From positions 95,792,001 to 95,856,000 of the forward strand of contig CM059432.1 in the NCBI GenBank assembly GCA_030390025.1: a stretch of 64,000 nt of DNA, in the 5' to 3' direction. Of this stretch, positions 38,433 to 52,317 are shown piece by piece. Position 1 is the first letter of the stretch. Each line of letters opens with the position of its first letter. The stretch is from Squalus acanthias (taxonomy: Eukaryota). The notes beneath the pieces are model-generated. The model had not been told where the DNA came from. It saw only the letters and a program-made list of their open reading frames with translations, and made no database searches. Both the position numbers and the translations under genes were made by a program.

Positions 38433-38730
38433 ATGGTTTTTGTCTCCACTCCTCAGAAGTGCATTCCACATAGTGATCACTCTGTGTGAACATTTTTATG
38501 ATATCAGTCGTCAATTTACCTTTTGTTAGTTTGAACCTGTAACCCATGTCCTACTGCAGAGTTTGATTAAAAGTAGTGTTTACCTTTTCTACACCATTTG
38601 TTATCTATGTATGTCTAATGGATTCTCTCTCAATCACTTTTTTCAAGACTGAAAAGTTCAAATTTCTCTAGTTTCTCCTCATGGTCGGATCAATCTTACG
38701 GCTCTTCTACAAACTCATTCCAGGGTTTGA
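38433..38730 (-). mobile_element. Old CR1 3' fragment, right part
   Basis: Degraded G(Y/H)RFKL...FTQ region typical of the CR1 ORF2 C-terminus. Confidence 0.6.
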
Positions 38731-39037
38731 ATATTCGGAATGGTAGCACGGTGGTTATGTTACTGGACTAGTAATCCAGTAAATCCCACCACGGCAGTTG
38801 GGGAATTTAAATTCAGTTAATTGAATAAATCAGAAATAAAAAGCTAGTATCAGTAATGGTGACCAGGAAACTATTGGATTGTCATAAAATGGCCTTTAGG
38901 GAGGGAAATCTACCGTCCTTACCTGGTCTGGTCTATATGTGATTCCAGACCCACAACAATGTGGTTGACTCTTAACTGCCCTCTGAAATCGCCGAGCAAG
39001 CCACTCAGTTGTAACAAACTGCTACGAAAAACAATAA

Positions 39038-39509
39038 TCCCCTCCTGGGATGAGAGGGCTGTCCTATGATGAGCGATTGTGTAGAATGGGCCTATACTCT
39101 CTGGAGTTTAGAAGAATGAGAGGTGATCTCATTGAAACATACAAGATTCTGAAGGGGATTGACAGGGTAGATGCTGAGAGGTTGTTTCCCCTGGCTGGAG
39201 TGTCTAGAACTAGGGGGCATAGTCTCAGGATAAGGGGTCGGCCTTTTAAGACTGAGATGAAGAGGAATTTCTTCACTCAGAGGGCTGTGAATCTTTGGAA
39301 TTCTCTGCTCCAGAGGGCTGTGGATGCTGAGTCTTTGAGTATATTCAAGGCTGATATAAATAGATTTTTGAACTCTAGGGGAATCAAGGGATATGGAGAT
39401 GGGGCGGGAAAGTGGAGTTGAGGTCGATGATCAGCCATGATCTTATTGAATGGCGGAGCAGGCTCGAGGGGCCGTATGGCCTACTCCTGCTCTTATTTCT
39501 TATGTTCTT
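39038..39509 (+). mobile_element. CR1 LINE 3' fragment
   Basis: LYSLEFRRMRGDLIE...NFFTQRAVNLWNSL; TTCTTATGTTCTTA tail. Confidence 0.9.
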
Positions 39510-39850
39510 AAACCGGATCCCGGACCACCTGGCATCGACCTAGGCTTCAGACACGACAACGGCTCACTAACATCTGCCAAAATTAGGAGAACACAGACTA
39601 GTCAAGCAACAGTCTGACATAGTCATACTCACAGAATCATACCTTTCAGCCAATGTCCCAGACTCCCACCAGCAGGACAAACCCACCAGAGGCAGCGGCA
39701 TAGTGGTATACAGTCGGGAGGGTGTGTCAACATTGACACCACTTGGAAGAATCACTGAGGGAAGCAAGGGCACAGAATGTACTCTGGGTAGGGGACTTCA
39801 ATGTCCATCACCAAGAGTGGCTCAGTAGCACCACTACAGACCAAGCTGGC

Positions 39851-42485
39851 GGGTGGGAGGATTCAGGAAAGAGTAAATTTCAAAGCAGCGAGAGAAATGT
39901 CAAGGCTCTCGAGCAGAGTAGAGTTTTGTGTAAAAATAAGCAGAGTGGGTCAGGAAGGGAAAGAGAGAGTAACAAAGGTAATAAGTGACTAAGGTGACAT
40001 CAGGGAAAAATTAAAATAAGTCAAAGCTAAAGGCACTATATCTGAATGCGCGAAGCATTTGCAACAAAATAGATGAATTAATAGTGCAGATAGAAATTAA
40101 CAGGTTTGATCTAATAGCCATAATGGAGACATGGTTGCAAAGTGGCCATGGTTGGGAACTAAATACTCCAGGATACTTAGCTTTTAGAAGAGATAGGCAA
40201 AATGGAAAAGGAGGAGGCATAGCCCTGATAATAAATGATGGAATAAAGATAGTAGAGAGAAAGGATCTTAGCTCCGAAAATCAAGAAGTAGAATCAGTTT
40301 GGTTGGAGCTAAGAAACAGCAAGGGGCAGAAAACATTGGTGGGAGTTGTTTATATGCCCCCAAACTGTAGTTGTAATGTAGGGCAGAGTATAAATCAGTA
40401 AATTAGAGGCGCATGTAACAAGGGTAATACAGTAATCATAAAGAAAGAAATATTTTCATTTATATAGCGCCTTTCACAACCACTGGACATCTCAAAGTGC
40501 TTTATAGCCAATGAAGTACTTTTGAAGTGGAGTCACTGTTGTAATGTTGTAATTATGGGGGACTTTAATCTACATATAGACTGGGAAAACCAAATTTGCA
40601 GTAATAATGTGAAGGACAAATTCATGGAATGTATACAAGATAGTTTTCTAGATCAGTATGTTGAGGAACCAACTAGGGAACAGGCTATTTTAGCTCTAGT
40701 ATTGTGCAATGAGAAAGGGTTAATTAATAACCTTGTAGTAAAGGGGCCTTTAGGGAAGAGTGACCATAATATGATAGAATTTTATATTGAGTTTGAAAGT
40801 GATTTCGTTAAATCTGAGACTTATAATGTTGCCAAAAAGAGTAGTCGGCCTGAGGATTGGGAGGATTGTAGAATTAATCAAAGGAGGACTAAGACATTGA
40901 TAAAGAAAGGGAAAATAGAATATGAGAGTAAACTAGCGAGAGCCATAAAAACAGATTGTAAAAGCTTCCATGGGTATGTAAAAAGGAAAAGATTAGCGAA
41001 AGTAAATGTGGGTCCCTTACAGGCTGAGACACTATTTAAGAAAGGAGGGAGAGAGAAAACGGGGAACTACAGACCAGTTAGCCTGACATCAGTAGTAGGG
41101 AAAATGCTAGAATATTATTAAGGACGTGGTAACAGGGCACTTAGAAAATAATAATAGGTTAAAAATAATAATAGGTTTGGGCAGAGTCAACATGGCTTTA
41201 TGAAAGGGAAATCGTGTTTGACAAATCTGTAAGAATCGTTTGAGGTTGTAACTAGAAAAATAGATAAGGGGGAACCAGTGGATGTGGTGTATTTTGATTT
41301 TCAGAAGGCATTTGATAAGGTGTCACACAAGAGGTTATTAAACAAAATTAGGGCTCATGGGATTGGGGGTAATATTCTAGCATGGATTGAGGATTGGTTA
41401 ACAGACATAAAATAGAGAGTAGGAATAAATGGGTCATTTTCGGGTTGGCAGGCTGTAAATAGTGGGTTATCGCAAAGATACCCTCAGCTATTCACAATCT
41501 ACATCAATGATTTGGATGAGGGGACCAAATGTAATATATCCAAGTTTGCTGATGATACAAAACTGGGTGGGAATGTAAGTTGTGAGGATGATGCAAGGAG
41601 GCTTCAAGGGGATATAGACAGGCTAAGTGAGTGGGCAAGTACATGGCAAATGGAATATAATGTGGAGAAATGTGAAGTTATCCACTTTGGTAGGAAAAAT
41701 AGAAAAACAGAGTAGCTTTTAAATGGTGAGAGATTGGGAAATGTTGGTGTTCAGAGGGACCTGGGTGTCCTAGTACACGTATCACTGAAAGTTAACATGC
41801 AGGTACAGCAAGCAATTAGGAAAGCAAATGGTATGTTGGCCTTTATTACAAGAGGATTTGAGTATAAGAGTAAAGACGTCTTACTGCAATTATATAGGGC
41901 CCTGGTGAGACCACACCTGGAGTACTTGTGTACAGTTTTGGTCTCCTTACCTAAGGAAGGATATACTTGCCATAGAGGCAGTGCAACAAAGGTTCACCAG
42001 ACTGATTCCTGGGATGGGGGGATTGTCCTATGAGGAGAGATTGAGTAGACTAGGCCTATATTCTCTAGAGTTTAGAAGAATGAGAGGTGATCTCATTGAA
42101 ACATACAAAATTCTTACAGGGCTTGACAGGGTAGATGCAGGGAGGATGTTTCCCCTGGCTGGGGAGTCCAGAACGAGGGATCATAGTCTCAGCATAAGGT
42201 GTTGGCCATTTAGGACTGAGATGAGGAGAAATTTCTTCACTCAGAGGGTGGTGAATCCTTGGAATTCTCCCCCAGAGGGCTGTGGAGGCTCAGTCGTTGA
42301 GTATATTCAAGACAGCGATCAATAGATTTTTGAATATTAAGGGAATCAAGGGATATGGGGATAGTGCAGGAAAGTGGAGGTGAGGTAGAAGATCAGCCAT
42401 GATCTTATTTAATGGCAGAGCAGGCTCGAAGGGCCAAACGACCTGTTCCTGCTCCTAATTCTTATGTTCTTATGTTATGTTCTTA
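39851..42485 (+). mobile_element. CR1 LINE ORF2 (APE + RT) with internal deletions and stops
   Basis: LNARSI, IAIMETW, MGDFN, SDHN, FADDTKL, RDLGV; (TTCTTATG)n tail; splits the host LINE between GCTGGC and GAGTCC. Confidence 0.92.
40440..40547 (-). mobile_element. SINE or L2-type 3' tail inside CR1
   Basis: Reverse-complement match to 5634-5739; flanked by GTAATCAT and GTAATTAT. Confidence 0.75.
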
Positions 42486-44919
42486 TGAGTCCTGAAGGAC
42501 ATAGCTGCCAGACTGGGCCTGCGGCAGGTTGTGAGAGAACCAACATGAGGGAAAAAGCTACTTGACCTCGTCCTCACCAATCTACCTGTCGCAGATGCAT
42601 CTGTCCATGACAGCATTGGTAGCAGTGACCACCGCACAGTCATTGTGGAGACAAAGTCCCGTCTTCACATTGAGGACACCCTCCATCGTGTTGTGTGACA
42701 CTACCACCGTGCTAAATGGGAAAGAGTCAGAACAGATCTAGCAGCTCAAAACTGGGCATCCATGAGGTACAGTGGGCCATCAGCAGCAGCAGAATTGTAT
42801 TCCACCACAATCTGTAACCTCATGACTGAGCATATCCCTCACTCTACCATTACCATCAAGCTAGGGGACCAAACTTGGTTCAATGAGGAGTGTAGAAGAG
42901 CATGCCAGGAGCAGCACCAGGCGTATCTAAAAATAAGGTGCCAACCTGGGGAAGCTGCAACACAGGACTACATGCATGCTGAACAGCGGAAGCAGCATGC
43001 TGTAGACAGGGCTAAGCAATCCCACAATCAACAGATCAGATCAAAGCACTGCATTCCTGCCACATCCAGTCGTGAATGATGTTGGGCAATTAAACAACTA
43101 ATGGGAGGAGGAGGCTCCATGAATATCCTCAATGATGGCAAAGCCCATCACATGAGTGCAAAAGACAAGGCTGAAGCATTTGCAACCATCTTCAGCCAGA
43201 AGTGCCGAGTGGATGATCCATATTGGCTTCCTCCTGCAGCCAGTCTTTAGCCAATTCGATTCACTCCACGTGATATCAAGGAATGGCTGACCACACTGGA
43301 TACAGCAAAGGCTGTGGGCCCCGACAACATCCCGGCTGTCGTGCTGAAGACTTGTGCTCCAGAACTAGCCGCATCTGTAGCCAAGCTGTTCCAGTACAGC
43401 TACAACACTGGCATCTACCTGACAATGTGAAAAATTGCCCAGGTATGTCCTGTCCACAAAAAATAGGACAAATCCAATCCGGCCAATTACCACCCCATCA
43501 GTCTACTCTCAATCATCAGCAAAGTGATGGAAGGTGTTGTTGACGGTGCTATCAAGCAGCACTTACTCACCAATAACCTGCTCACTGATGCTCAGTTTGG
43601 GTTCTGCCAGGACCACTCAGCCCCCAACCTCTGAGAGTGACTGCCCTTGACATCAAGGTAGCATTTGACCGAGTGTGGCATCAAGGAGCCCTAGTAAAAC
43701 TGAAGTCAATGGGAATCAGAGGGAGAACTCTCCACTGGCTGGAGTCATACCTAGCACAAAGGAAGATAGTTGTGGTTGTTGAAGGTCAATCATCTCAGCC
43801 CCAGGACATTGCTGCAGGAGTTCGTCAGGGCAGTGTTCTAGGCACAACCATCTTCAGCTGCTTCATCAATGACCTTTCTTCCATCATAAGGTCAGAAATG
43901 GAGATGTTTGCTGATGATTGCACAGTGTTCAGTTCCATTCACAAATCCTCAGATAATGAAGCAGTCCATGCCTGCATGCAGCAAGACCTGGACAACATTC
44001 AGGCTTGGGCAGATAAGTGGCAAGTAACATTTGCGCCACACAAGTGTCAGGCAATGACTATCTCCAACAAGCGAGAGTCTGACCACCGCCCCCTGACATT
44101 CAACGGCATTACCATCGCCGAATCCCCCAACATCAACATTCTGGAGGTCACCATTGCCCAAAAATTTAACTGGAACAGCCACATAAATACTGTGGCAACA
44201 AGAGCAGGTCAGAGGCTGGGTATTCTGCGGTGAGTGTCTCACCTCCTTACTCCCCAAAGTCTTTCCACCATCTACAAGGCATAAGTCAGAAGTGTGGTGG
44301 AATACTCTCCACTTGCCTGGATGAGTGCAGCTCCAACAACACTCAAGAAGCTCAATACCATCCAGGACAAAGCAGCCCACTTGATAGTCACCCCATCCAC
44401 CACCTTAAACATTCACTCCCTCCACTACTGGCGCACCGTTGCTGCAGTGTGTACCATCTACAAGACGCACTGCAGCAACTTGCCAAGGCTTCTTTGACAG
44501 CACCTCCCAAATCTGCGACCACTTCCACCTAGAAGGACAAGAGCAGCAGGTGCATGGGAACATTATCACCTGCAAGTTCCCCTCCAAGTTACGCACCATG
44601 CTGACTTGGAAGTATATTGCCGTTTCTTCATCGTCGCTGGGTCAAAATCCTGGAACTCCCTCCCTAACACACTATGGGAGTACCTTCACCACACGGACTG
44701 CAGCTGTTCAAGAAAGCAGCTCACCACCACCTTCTCAAGGGCAATTAGGGATAGGCAACAAATACTGGCCTTGCCAGCGATGCCCACATCCCATGAACGG
44801 ATAAAAAAAATATCTCCCTTCAGTCATAATGAACAGAACTGGACACAGTACTTAAGTGGTCTGTACAGTTTAAGCGTGACTTCCTCCAACGTGTTTTTGC
44901 TATATATTTCAGAATTATA

Positions 44920-45284
44920 CAGGAAACTCTTTATTAACCGGCACCCAAATATCCGGAAATCTCTCTTAACCGGCAAAATTCTTGAGTAGGTAACCGGGGT
45001 TTTCCTTCATCTCTCTACACTGGATCGTAGCATTATATGGGCCAAGTCTTTGCTGAATGCTCGCTGTAAGATCGCTGTAAGATCTGTCACAAGAAGGGAG
45101 ATGCAGAAATTCTTTAATGTGACCGGGGTTCCTGCACCTGTGGCCGTGCACCAGGGACTCCTGGATCTGTGGCCATGTACGGGGCTCCCCGTACCTTGGT
45201 AGATATAACTCTCCGTTATCCGGACTTTTTGATAAACCGGCACCACGCCGGTCCCGTCGGTGCCGGTTAATAAAGAGTTTCCTG
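44920..45284. mobile_element. Tc1/mariner (pogo/Tigger-like) MITE
   Basis: Perfect 26-bp TIR CAGGAAACTCTTTATTAACCGGCACC; TA TSD. Confidence 0.9.
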
Positions 45285-45325
45285 TATTTGGTTTATTGAT
45301 TGGTGTTCTAGTGTTTGGACATGTT

Positions 45326-45501
45326 GGGCTATAAATTTGTCTTGGGCAGTTGTGAAAAATGGGCGATAGCGAATCGGCAGCCCGTTTTGCACGCAGCCTG
45401 ATTTTTTCCGGTGACTTCAATGCTGTGTAATGGAGTGTAAAACGAGCTGCCGATTCGCTATCACTTGCTTTGCACTACAGCCCAAAACAAATTTATACCC
45501 C
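45326..45501. mobile_element. Short foldback MITE with Harbinger-like ends
   Basis: ~65-bp imperfect inverted arms GGGCTATAAATTTG...CAAATTTATACCCC; flanks GTT/ATT. Confidence 0.75.
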
Positions 45502-46383
45502 ATTAAGTGCCGAGACTACTAATAGCCCTAGATTTCATCCAACTTCACTTTTAGCTATTTGTACTGGTGTGGTATTAACTAACTGCTTTTTTAAATTTCC
45601 ATACCCTCTAGAACAGAGGTTCTCAACCTTTTTGCTTCTGAGGCTGCCCTCCCATGTTATAAAAATTCCACGGAGCCCCTGTGACACAAGTATTTTTTCT
45701 GTACAAAAATTCTCTCAGCGCCGCTCCCACTCACCATGTTACTGCTGCTGCTGCTGCTATCCCGACACTGCAGCCAATACTGATCCCCACGTCCATTCCA
45801 ATCCCTCTTTCCCTCCACACAAGCCCCAATCACCTGATCCCCAGTCTCCCTCTTTCCCCCGCAACCCCCGACTCCCTCACCGACTGTTCCCGGCACATCA
45901 GCCATTCCCGGTTCTCTGCTTGATTGTCAGTCAAACAGCCTTTTCTCCCCAATCTCCAATATTTTTATAACTAAAACAAAAGTGTACAATGAAAATGAAA
46001 AAACACAATTTTTTTAAGGACCGAATGAATTTTCTCCCAAATTGCTCACAGCAGTGTTCAGATTAATCTTTTATTCCTGGCAACTCCAGGACAATCCTGG
46101 AAGGTTAAAATCCGAGCTGGAGGCCAACCTTGGGTGCGAACAATCCGGTCTGCCTGTGATGCTCTCCTTCGTAGAGCAAGACTGCTAACACTTAAGGTAT
46201 AGGCTCGCAGGTAAAGAATGAATGAGGTTAGGCCCCAAAGGGCCGCCAGCACCCTTGTAACTACTGTGTGAGTCAACACTTTGAAGACAGGAAGAGAGTA
46301 AATTTGGGCGGGGGTTGCAAATTAGACAGTGCTGAATATTTAAATGAGTTTCCAAACTGCTTCAGTTTTGCTGGTAATAAGTG

Positions 46384-49169
46384 TCATAGAAACATAGAAG
46401 ATAGGAGCAGGAGTAGGCCATTCGGCCCCTCGAGCCTGTTCCGCCATTTAATGAGATCATGGCTGATCATCCAAATTCAGTACCCTGTCCCTGCTTTCTC
46501 CCCATATCCCTTGATCCCTTTAGCCTTAAGAAATACATCTAACTCCTTCTTGAATATTTTTAATGAATTGGCCTCAACTGCCTTCTGTGGGAGAGAATTC
46601 CACAGGTTCACCACTCTCTGGGTGAAGAAATTCCTCCTCATCTCAGTCCTAAATGGCTTACCCCTTATCCTTAGACTGTGACCCCTGGTTCTGGACTCCC
46701 CCGCCATCGGGAACATCCTTCCTGCATCTAGTCTGTCTAGTCCTGTTAGAATTTTATAAGTTTCAATGTGACCCCCTCTCATTCTTCTAAACTCTAGCGA
46801 ATATAAGCCTAATCGACCCAATCTCTCTTCATACGTCATTCCTGCCATCCCAGGTATCAGTCTGGTGAATCTTCGCTGCACTCCCTCCATGGCAAGAACA
46901 TCCTTCCTCAGATAAGGCGACCAAAACTGCACACAATACTCAGGGTGTGGTCTCACCAAGGCCCTGTACAACTGCAGCAAGACATCCTTGCTCCTGTACT
47001 CGAATCCTCTTGCTATGAAGGCCAACATACCATTTGCCTTCTTAACCGCCTGCTGCACCTGCATGCTTACCTTCAACGACTGGTGCACAAGGACACCCAG
47101 ATCTCGTTGCACTTCCCCTTTTCCCAATCTATTGCCGTTCAGATAATAATCTGTCTTCCTGTTTTTGCCACCAAAGTGGATAACCTCGCATTTATCCACA
47201 TTATACTGCATCTGCCATGCATCTGCCCAATCACCCAACCTGTCCAAATCATACTGGAGTTTCTCTGCATCCTCCTCACAGCACACATGCCCTCCCAGCT
47301 TTGTGTCATCTGCAAACTTGGAGATATTACATCTAGTTCCCTCGTCTAGATCATTAATATATATTGTGAATAGCTGGGGTCCTAGCACCGATCCCTGTGG
47401 TACCCCACTAGTCACTGCCTGCCACTTGGAAAAAGACCCGTTTATTCCAACTCTTTGCTTCCTGTCTGCCAACCAGTTCTCTATCCAAGTCAATACCTTA
47501 CCCCCAATCCCATGTGCTTTAACTTTGCACGCTAATCTCTTATGCGGGACCTTATCAAAAGCCTTCTGAAAGTCCAAATACACCACATCCACTGGTTCTC
47601 CCTTATCTATCCTACCAGTTACATCCTCAAAAAATTCCAGTAAATTAGTCAAGCATGATTTACCTTTTGTAAATCCATGTTAACTTTGTCCGATCCTGTC
47701 ACTGTTTTCCAAGTGCTCTGCTATTACATCTTTTATAATGGACTCTAGCATTTTCCCCACTACCGATGTCAGGCTTACCGGTGTATAATTCCCCGTTTTC
47801 TCTCTACCACCTTTTTTAAATAGTGGGGTAACTATTCCAGAGTCTATAAAATTTTGGAAGATGACCAGCAATGCATCGACTATTTCGAGGGCCACTTCCT
47901 GAAGTACCCTAGAATGTAGATTATCAGGCCCTGGGGATTTATCTGCCTTCAATCCCATCAATTTCCCTAACACCATTTCCCTACAAATACTGATTTCATT
48001 GAATTCCTCCCTCTCATTAGACCCGATGTTCCCCGACATCTCTGGGAGGTTATTTGTGTCCTCGTTTGTGAAGACAGAACCAAAGTATGTATTTAATTGG
48101 TCAGCCATTTCTTTGTTCCCCATTATAAATTCCCCTGATTCTGACTGCAAGGGACCTACGCTTGACTTCACCAATCTTTTTCTCTTCACATATCTATAGA
48201 AGCTTTTACAGTCAGTTTTTATGTTCCCTGCAAGCTTCCTCTCATATTCTATTTCCCCCCTCTTAATTAATCCCTTTGTCCTCCTTTGCTGAATCCTAAA
48301 CTGCTCCCAATCCTCAGGTTTGCTGCTTTTTCTGGCCAATTTATATGTCCTCTCCTTGGATCTTATGCTATCCCTAATTTCCCTTGTTAGCCACGGTTGA
48401 GTCACCTTTTTGTTTTATTTTTATGCCAAACAGGGATGAACAAATTCTGTAGTTCATCCATGCGATCTTTAAATGTTTGCCATTGCCTATCCACCGTCAA
48501 CCCTTTAAGTAATGCTCCCCAATTCATCCTAGCCAACTCGCGTCTCATACCATCGTAGTTTCCTTAATTTAAGTTCAGGACCCTAGTCTCTGAGTCAACT
48601 ACTTCACTCTCCATCTTAATGAAGAATTCTATCATATTATGATCGCTCCTCCCCAAGGGGCCTCGCACAACAAGATTGCTAATTAATCCTTTCTCATTAC
48701 ATAATACCCAGTCTAAGATGGCCTGATTTCTAGTTGGTTCCTCGACATATTGGCCCAGGAAACCATCCCGTATACACTCTAGGAATTCCTCCTCCACAGT
48801 ATTGTTACTAATTTGGTTAGCCCAATCTATATGTAGATTAAAGTCACCCATGATAACTGCTGTGCCCTTATTGCACGCATCTCTAATTTCCCATTTAATG
48901 CCATCCCCATCTTCAGCATTACTGTTTGGGGGTCTGTATACAACCCCCACTAACGTTTTCTGCCCCTTGGTATTTCTCAGCTCTACCCATACAGATTCCA
49001 CATCATCAGAGCTAATATCCTTCCATACCATTGTGTTAATCTCCTCTTTAACTAGCAATGCTACCCCACCTCCTTTTCCTTTTTGCCTCTCCTTCCTGAA
49101 TATTGAATACCCCTGGAAGTTGAATTCCCAGCCTTGGTCACCCTGGAGCCATGTCTCCGTAATCCCAAT
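46384..49169 (-). mobile_element. CR1 LINE, 5'-truncated within APE; RT-to-C-terminus stretch open (46477-47652)
   Basis: YLDFQKAFDKVPH, GVPQGSVLGP, FADDTKL; APE motifs MGDFN and SDHN; (TTTCTATG)-type tail. Confidence 0.95.
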
Positions 49170-49249
49170 TTTATGTCAATCCTAACTGTTTCCTAATGTT
49201 GACATATTCTGCACTTCTTCTTACATGAAGACAGCATTAACTGATCCAG

Positions 49250-49445
49250 GCAGCGGGTGGTCGAGGGGGTCGTTCGGCCCGACTGCCTGCTTCTCTGCCG
49301 TGGCCATGTTCGCGCCCGGGTGGCCCTGGAGATGGAGCACGCGGTGTCAGCCGGCACGCTCGAGGCCTTCCGTGACCGGTGAGCGCCGCGGGGACTGGAG
49401 TGCATCATCACCCCGGCCAACGATATTTTAATTTAAGTTGTTAAG
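49250..49445 (+). mobile_element. Tx1/L1-like non-LTR 3' fragment
   Basis: Reads RARVALEMEHAVSAGTLEAFRDR*APRGLECII, which resembles Tx1-type ORF2 C-termini; T-rich tail. Confidence 0.6.
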
Positions 49446-51569
49446 TTTTATTTAATGTTTAACTAGTTACAGTTCATTTGGTTTAGGGTGCATCCAGAAG
49501 AGTACACGAAGACAGCGACTCAATGTTTGACCCCAGCAGTTCCTTTCCTCCTTGCAGCTGCCGCCTATTTCCTTGCCCCTTCTCCATTTGATTGACAATC
49601 GCGGCCGCGCGAATCACAAAAATAGGACCAAAAAAAATCAAATCTGAAACGGAACCGACGGACACGCACCTGGCGAGAGGAGAGTGGAGGATGGAGAGCT
49701 CGAGCTGGGGGGTTCTGTGCTCAGTGACCAGTGACGCCATCCTCGCACAGACGTTCAGGAGGGGGGCGGGAAACAGAGCTTCGAGTCGGGGCCGGAGCCG
49801 CCAGTTTGCTCAGCTCAATCCCACCTTTACGCGATGGTGTTTTTTTCTTGTTTCTTTTTTTAAATCTGATTTTTTAAAATCCCAGACCCCTTGAAAGCTT
49901 TTCGGGGACCCCTAGGGGACCACAGACCCCCAGTTGAGAACCCCTGCTCGAGAATATTCCTCTCAAAGAATAACAAAAGTAATAGAAGAGAACACCTTAG
50001 AGTGTAATTGTTACAATGTGCATATTCCCTCAGGGGGCCTTCTAAAGTTCAAATAATATTTGGAAGTATCAAATGCATCAGTCCCGGCCTATTTTCCTGC
50101 CCTTCTGCCACAATCCTAATGGAGCTACGGTGCTGGAAGGACTAAGGATTTTTAGCCTCTGTTAGGATATATGCATTTGTTACAGAATAGAATAATATAA
50201 TTGACTGGAACTTATTTTAATTACAGTAAACAAAGCAGCACAGAACAGGAACCGATACATATAAAATAGAAATAAAAACTGCAAATGCTTGAAATCCAAA
50301 GTTTAAAAGTACTGGAAATACACAGTAGGCCAGTCAGCATCTATGAGATTTAATTTGTTTGTTCGCTTTACAGGAAATGGAGCATGTTTCATTACAAAAC
50401 AACACAAACTTTTAGAAATGAAAATGATGCCTGACAGTGCTACAGTGTGGTCGGGAGTGGATAGGGAGTAGTCTCTAATGTTCCATTAAGTGCAAAGGAT
50501 TGGCATAAACATTTTGGCTTACAAAATATATAATTAGCTGAGCACAATAGATGGAGCAGATTGACTCTCTAGTCAGCCTATTCACTATAATGGATGTGAA
50601 ATTGGCAGTCCTCCTCTGCAAAATTCTGGGACATGTGTCTCGAAGACCGTTCAGCAGCATTTTTGGAGCTAGCAACCAAATCTTCTGTGGCTGAGATGGC
50701 CCCTCGTCTGGAGTAACATCTTGTAGAGGATCCATCTAGTAATGCATCCTTCCAAAGCATCGAAGCTTTAGTAAATATAAGAGATCAAACTTACCTACTT
50801 TTAGAACCCAGGTTATGTTAAGTAACCATGCATTGTTTAATTAGCACTCTTGTTAACTAATTCTTTTACTGTTGAGCATATTGATCCAGAAATCTCTTGG
50901 GGCAGTGATTCCCTCGCTGGAGTATGTGAGCTCAGTGGGAGTCACCTCATTTAAATATCAATGGCAGCCCCCATGCCACTACGGATGCATCGCAAGCACT
51001 CGCTTGCCCCAGATGCAGCCTTGATGCCCACGTCAGTTCCCTGGAAACATTTAGATGCGCCCCCCAGCTGTCCCCTTTGTAAGTTTCTCCATCTTCAGAA
51101 AAAAAAGTTACCTAACCATAAATCTTCAGGGTCCTAGTCTACCACCCAGTCTGGACCCCCAGGGAGTGCCCTACAACTGTCATTGAGAAGGCCAGAAAGC
51201 ATCTTCTGACTGGGTGTGTCGCTCTCCGAAGTTGTGCTGACTTTCTGAGAGGTTGAGGTCTCAGGGATTCTAATGTAGGGATCCACCTTGGCCCTGTTCA
51301 CTCCATGTCACTGGCCTTATATAGGCGGTTGAAGCCTCTGCCCCTTTCAAGGCTCATGGCAACTCCCAGAACAGGCTGGGACTCAGCATCTCTGCATTCC
51401 GGCCTAATTTATGGCCCTTCTAATAAAGGGTGTCACTACGGGAACCTGCATGGCTCCTTGCTATGCCTGTATTTCTGCAGAATATATTAAGCACTCTTTG
51501 TTCTAGTGTTAATCAGGCTCACTACCTGACCTCTTTTTCCATTATATGTGTCAGTGCTGTTTCCTGATC

Positions 51570-51656
51570 TAAATAATTTCCTTAACAATGCTTCAAATTT
51601 CCATTTATCTTTTACCTGCACTTGGTCTATCTCTGATTCTTCCCTTCCCTTTCTGG

Positions 51657-51693
<37 letters not shown>

Positions 51694-52140
51694 GGGATGA
51701 GCTTTCTATCAACATCTATTACAGGCACAACTATGGTTTATACTTCTTCCACCCCGTTTCTTTTGAGAACTCCATTCCTTGATGCTGCCACCTTCAACAC
51801 CAGTGATTCTGAATTGTCCTCCTTTTAGCTCAGCCAAGAATTGCCCTACGCCATGGTGGACAGGACCATTGATTAGATCCATCCCATTTCCTGTGCTTCA
51901 GCTATCACCTCTTTCGCCCCCTCCTCAAAATTGTGATAAGGTTCCCTTTGTCCTCACATCCCATCCCACCAGCCTCCACATTCAGCAAATCAACCTCCAC
52001 TATTTCCACCACCTTCAACATGATCTCACCATCAAAATCATCTTCCCCTCTCCCCTCTGTTCACCCTTTCTCTATCTGTTGTCCTTCCCCTAGCACCTTC
52101 CTACGCAGGCACAGGAGATTCAACAGCTGTCCATTCATCA
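51570..52140 (+). mobile_element. Highly decayed Penelope-like fragment with (CT)n at ~51660-51690
   Basis: Resembles the reverse complement of 9600-9830; has DKVPFVLT.HP; pyrimidine-rich strand. Confidence 0.65.
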
Positions 52141-52317
52141 CCTCGCATGGTGGATGCTCCACCGAGTAGGCCATAAAAATGGCCTTGAGAACCTATCTAC
52201 AGAATAGGATTTTGATCAGCATAAATTCATGAAGCTCTTGCCTGAGTCAGGCAGGCACCTCAGCTGCTCAGCTTTAAGATAGTCACGGGACGAAAAAAGA
52301 GTGCTAAGTGGGCTGCT

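Larger units (their letters stand above)
38737..44810 (+). mobile_element. Near full-length decayed CR1/L2-group LINE with a tRNA/SINE-like 5' head, interrupted by two CR1 insertions
   Basis: APE motifs DIVILTES and WVGDFNVHH, resuming at 42486 (LDLVLTN, SDH); RT motifs LDIKVAFDRVWH, GVRQGSVLG, FADD; ends in an A-rich tail at ~44810. Confidence 0.85.
45614..49946. mobile_element. Non-autonomous hAT (Charlie-like) element carrying nested LINE fragments
   Basis: TIRs CAGAGGTTCTCAAC / GTTGAGAACCCCTG; 8-bp TSD CTCTAGAA / CTCGAGAA. Confidence 0.82.

Noticed and set aside
50370..50800. Host exon(s)
   Set aside because: Splice-like motifs are present, but plus frames close quickly and the minus ORFs resemble nothing I recognise.
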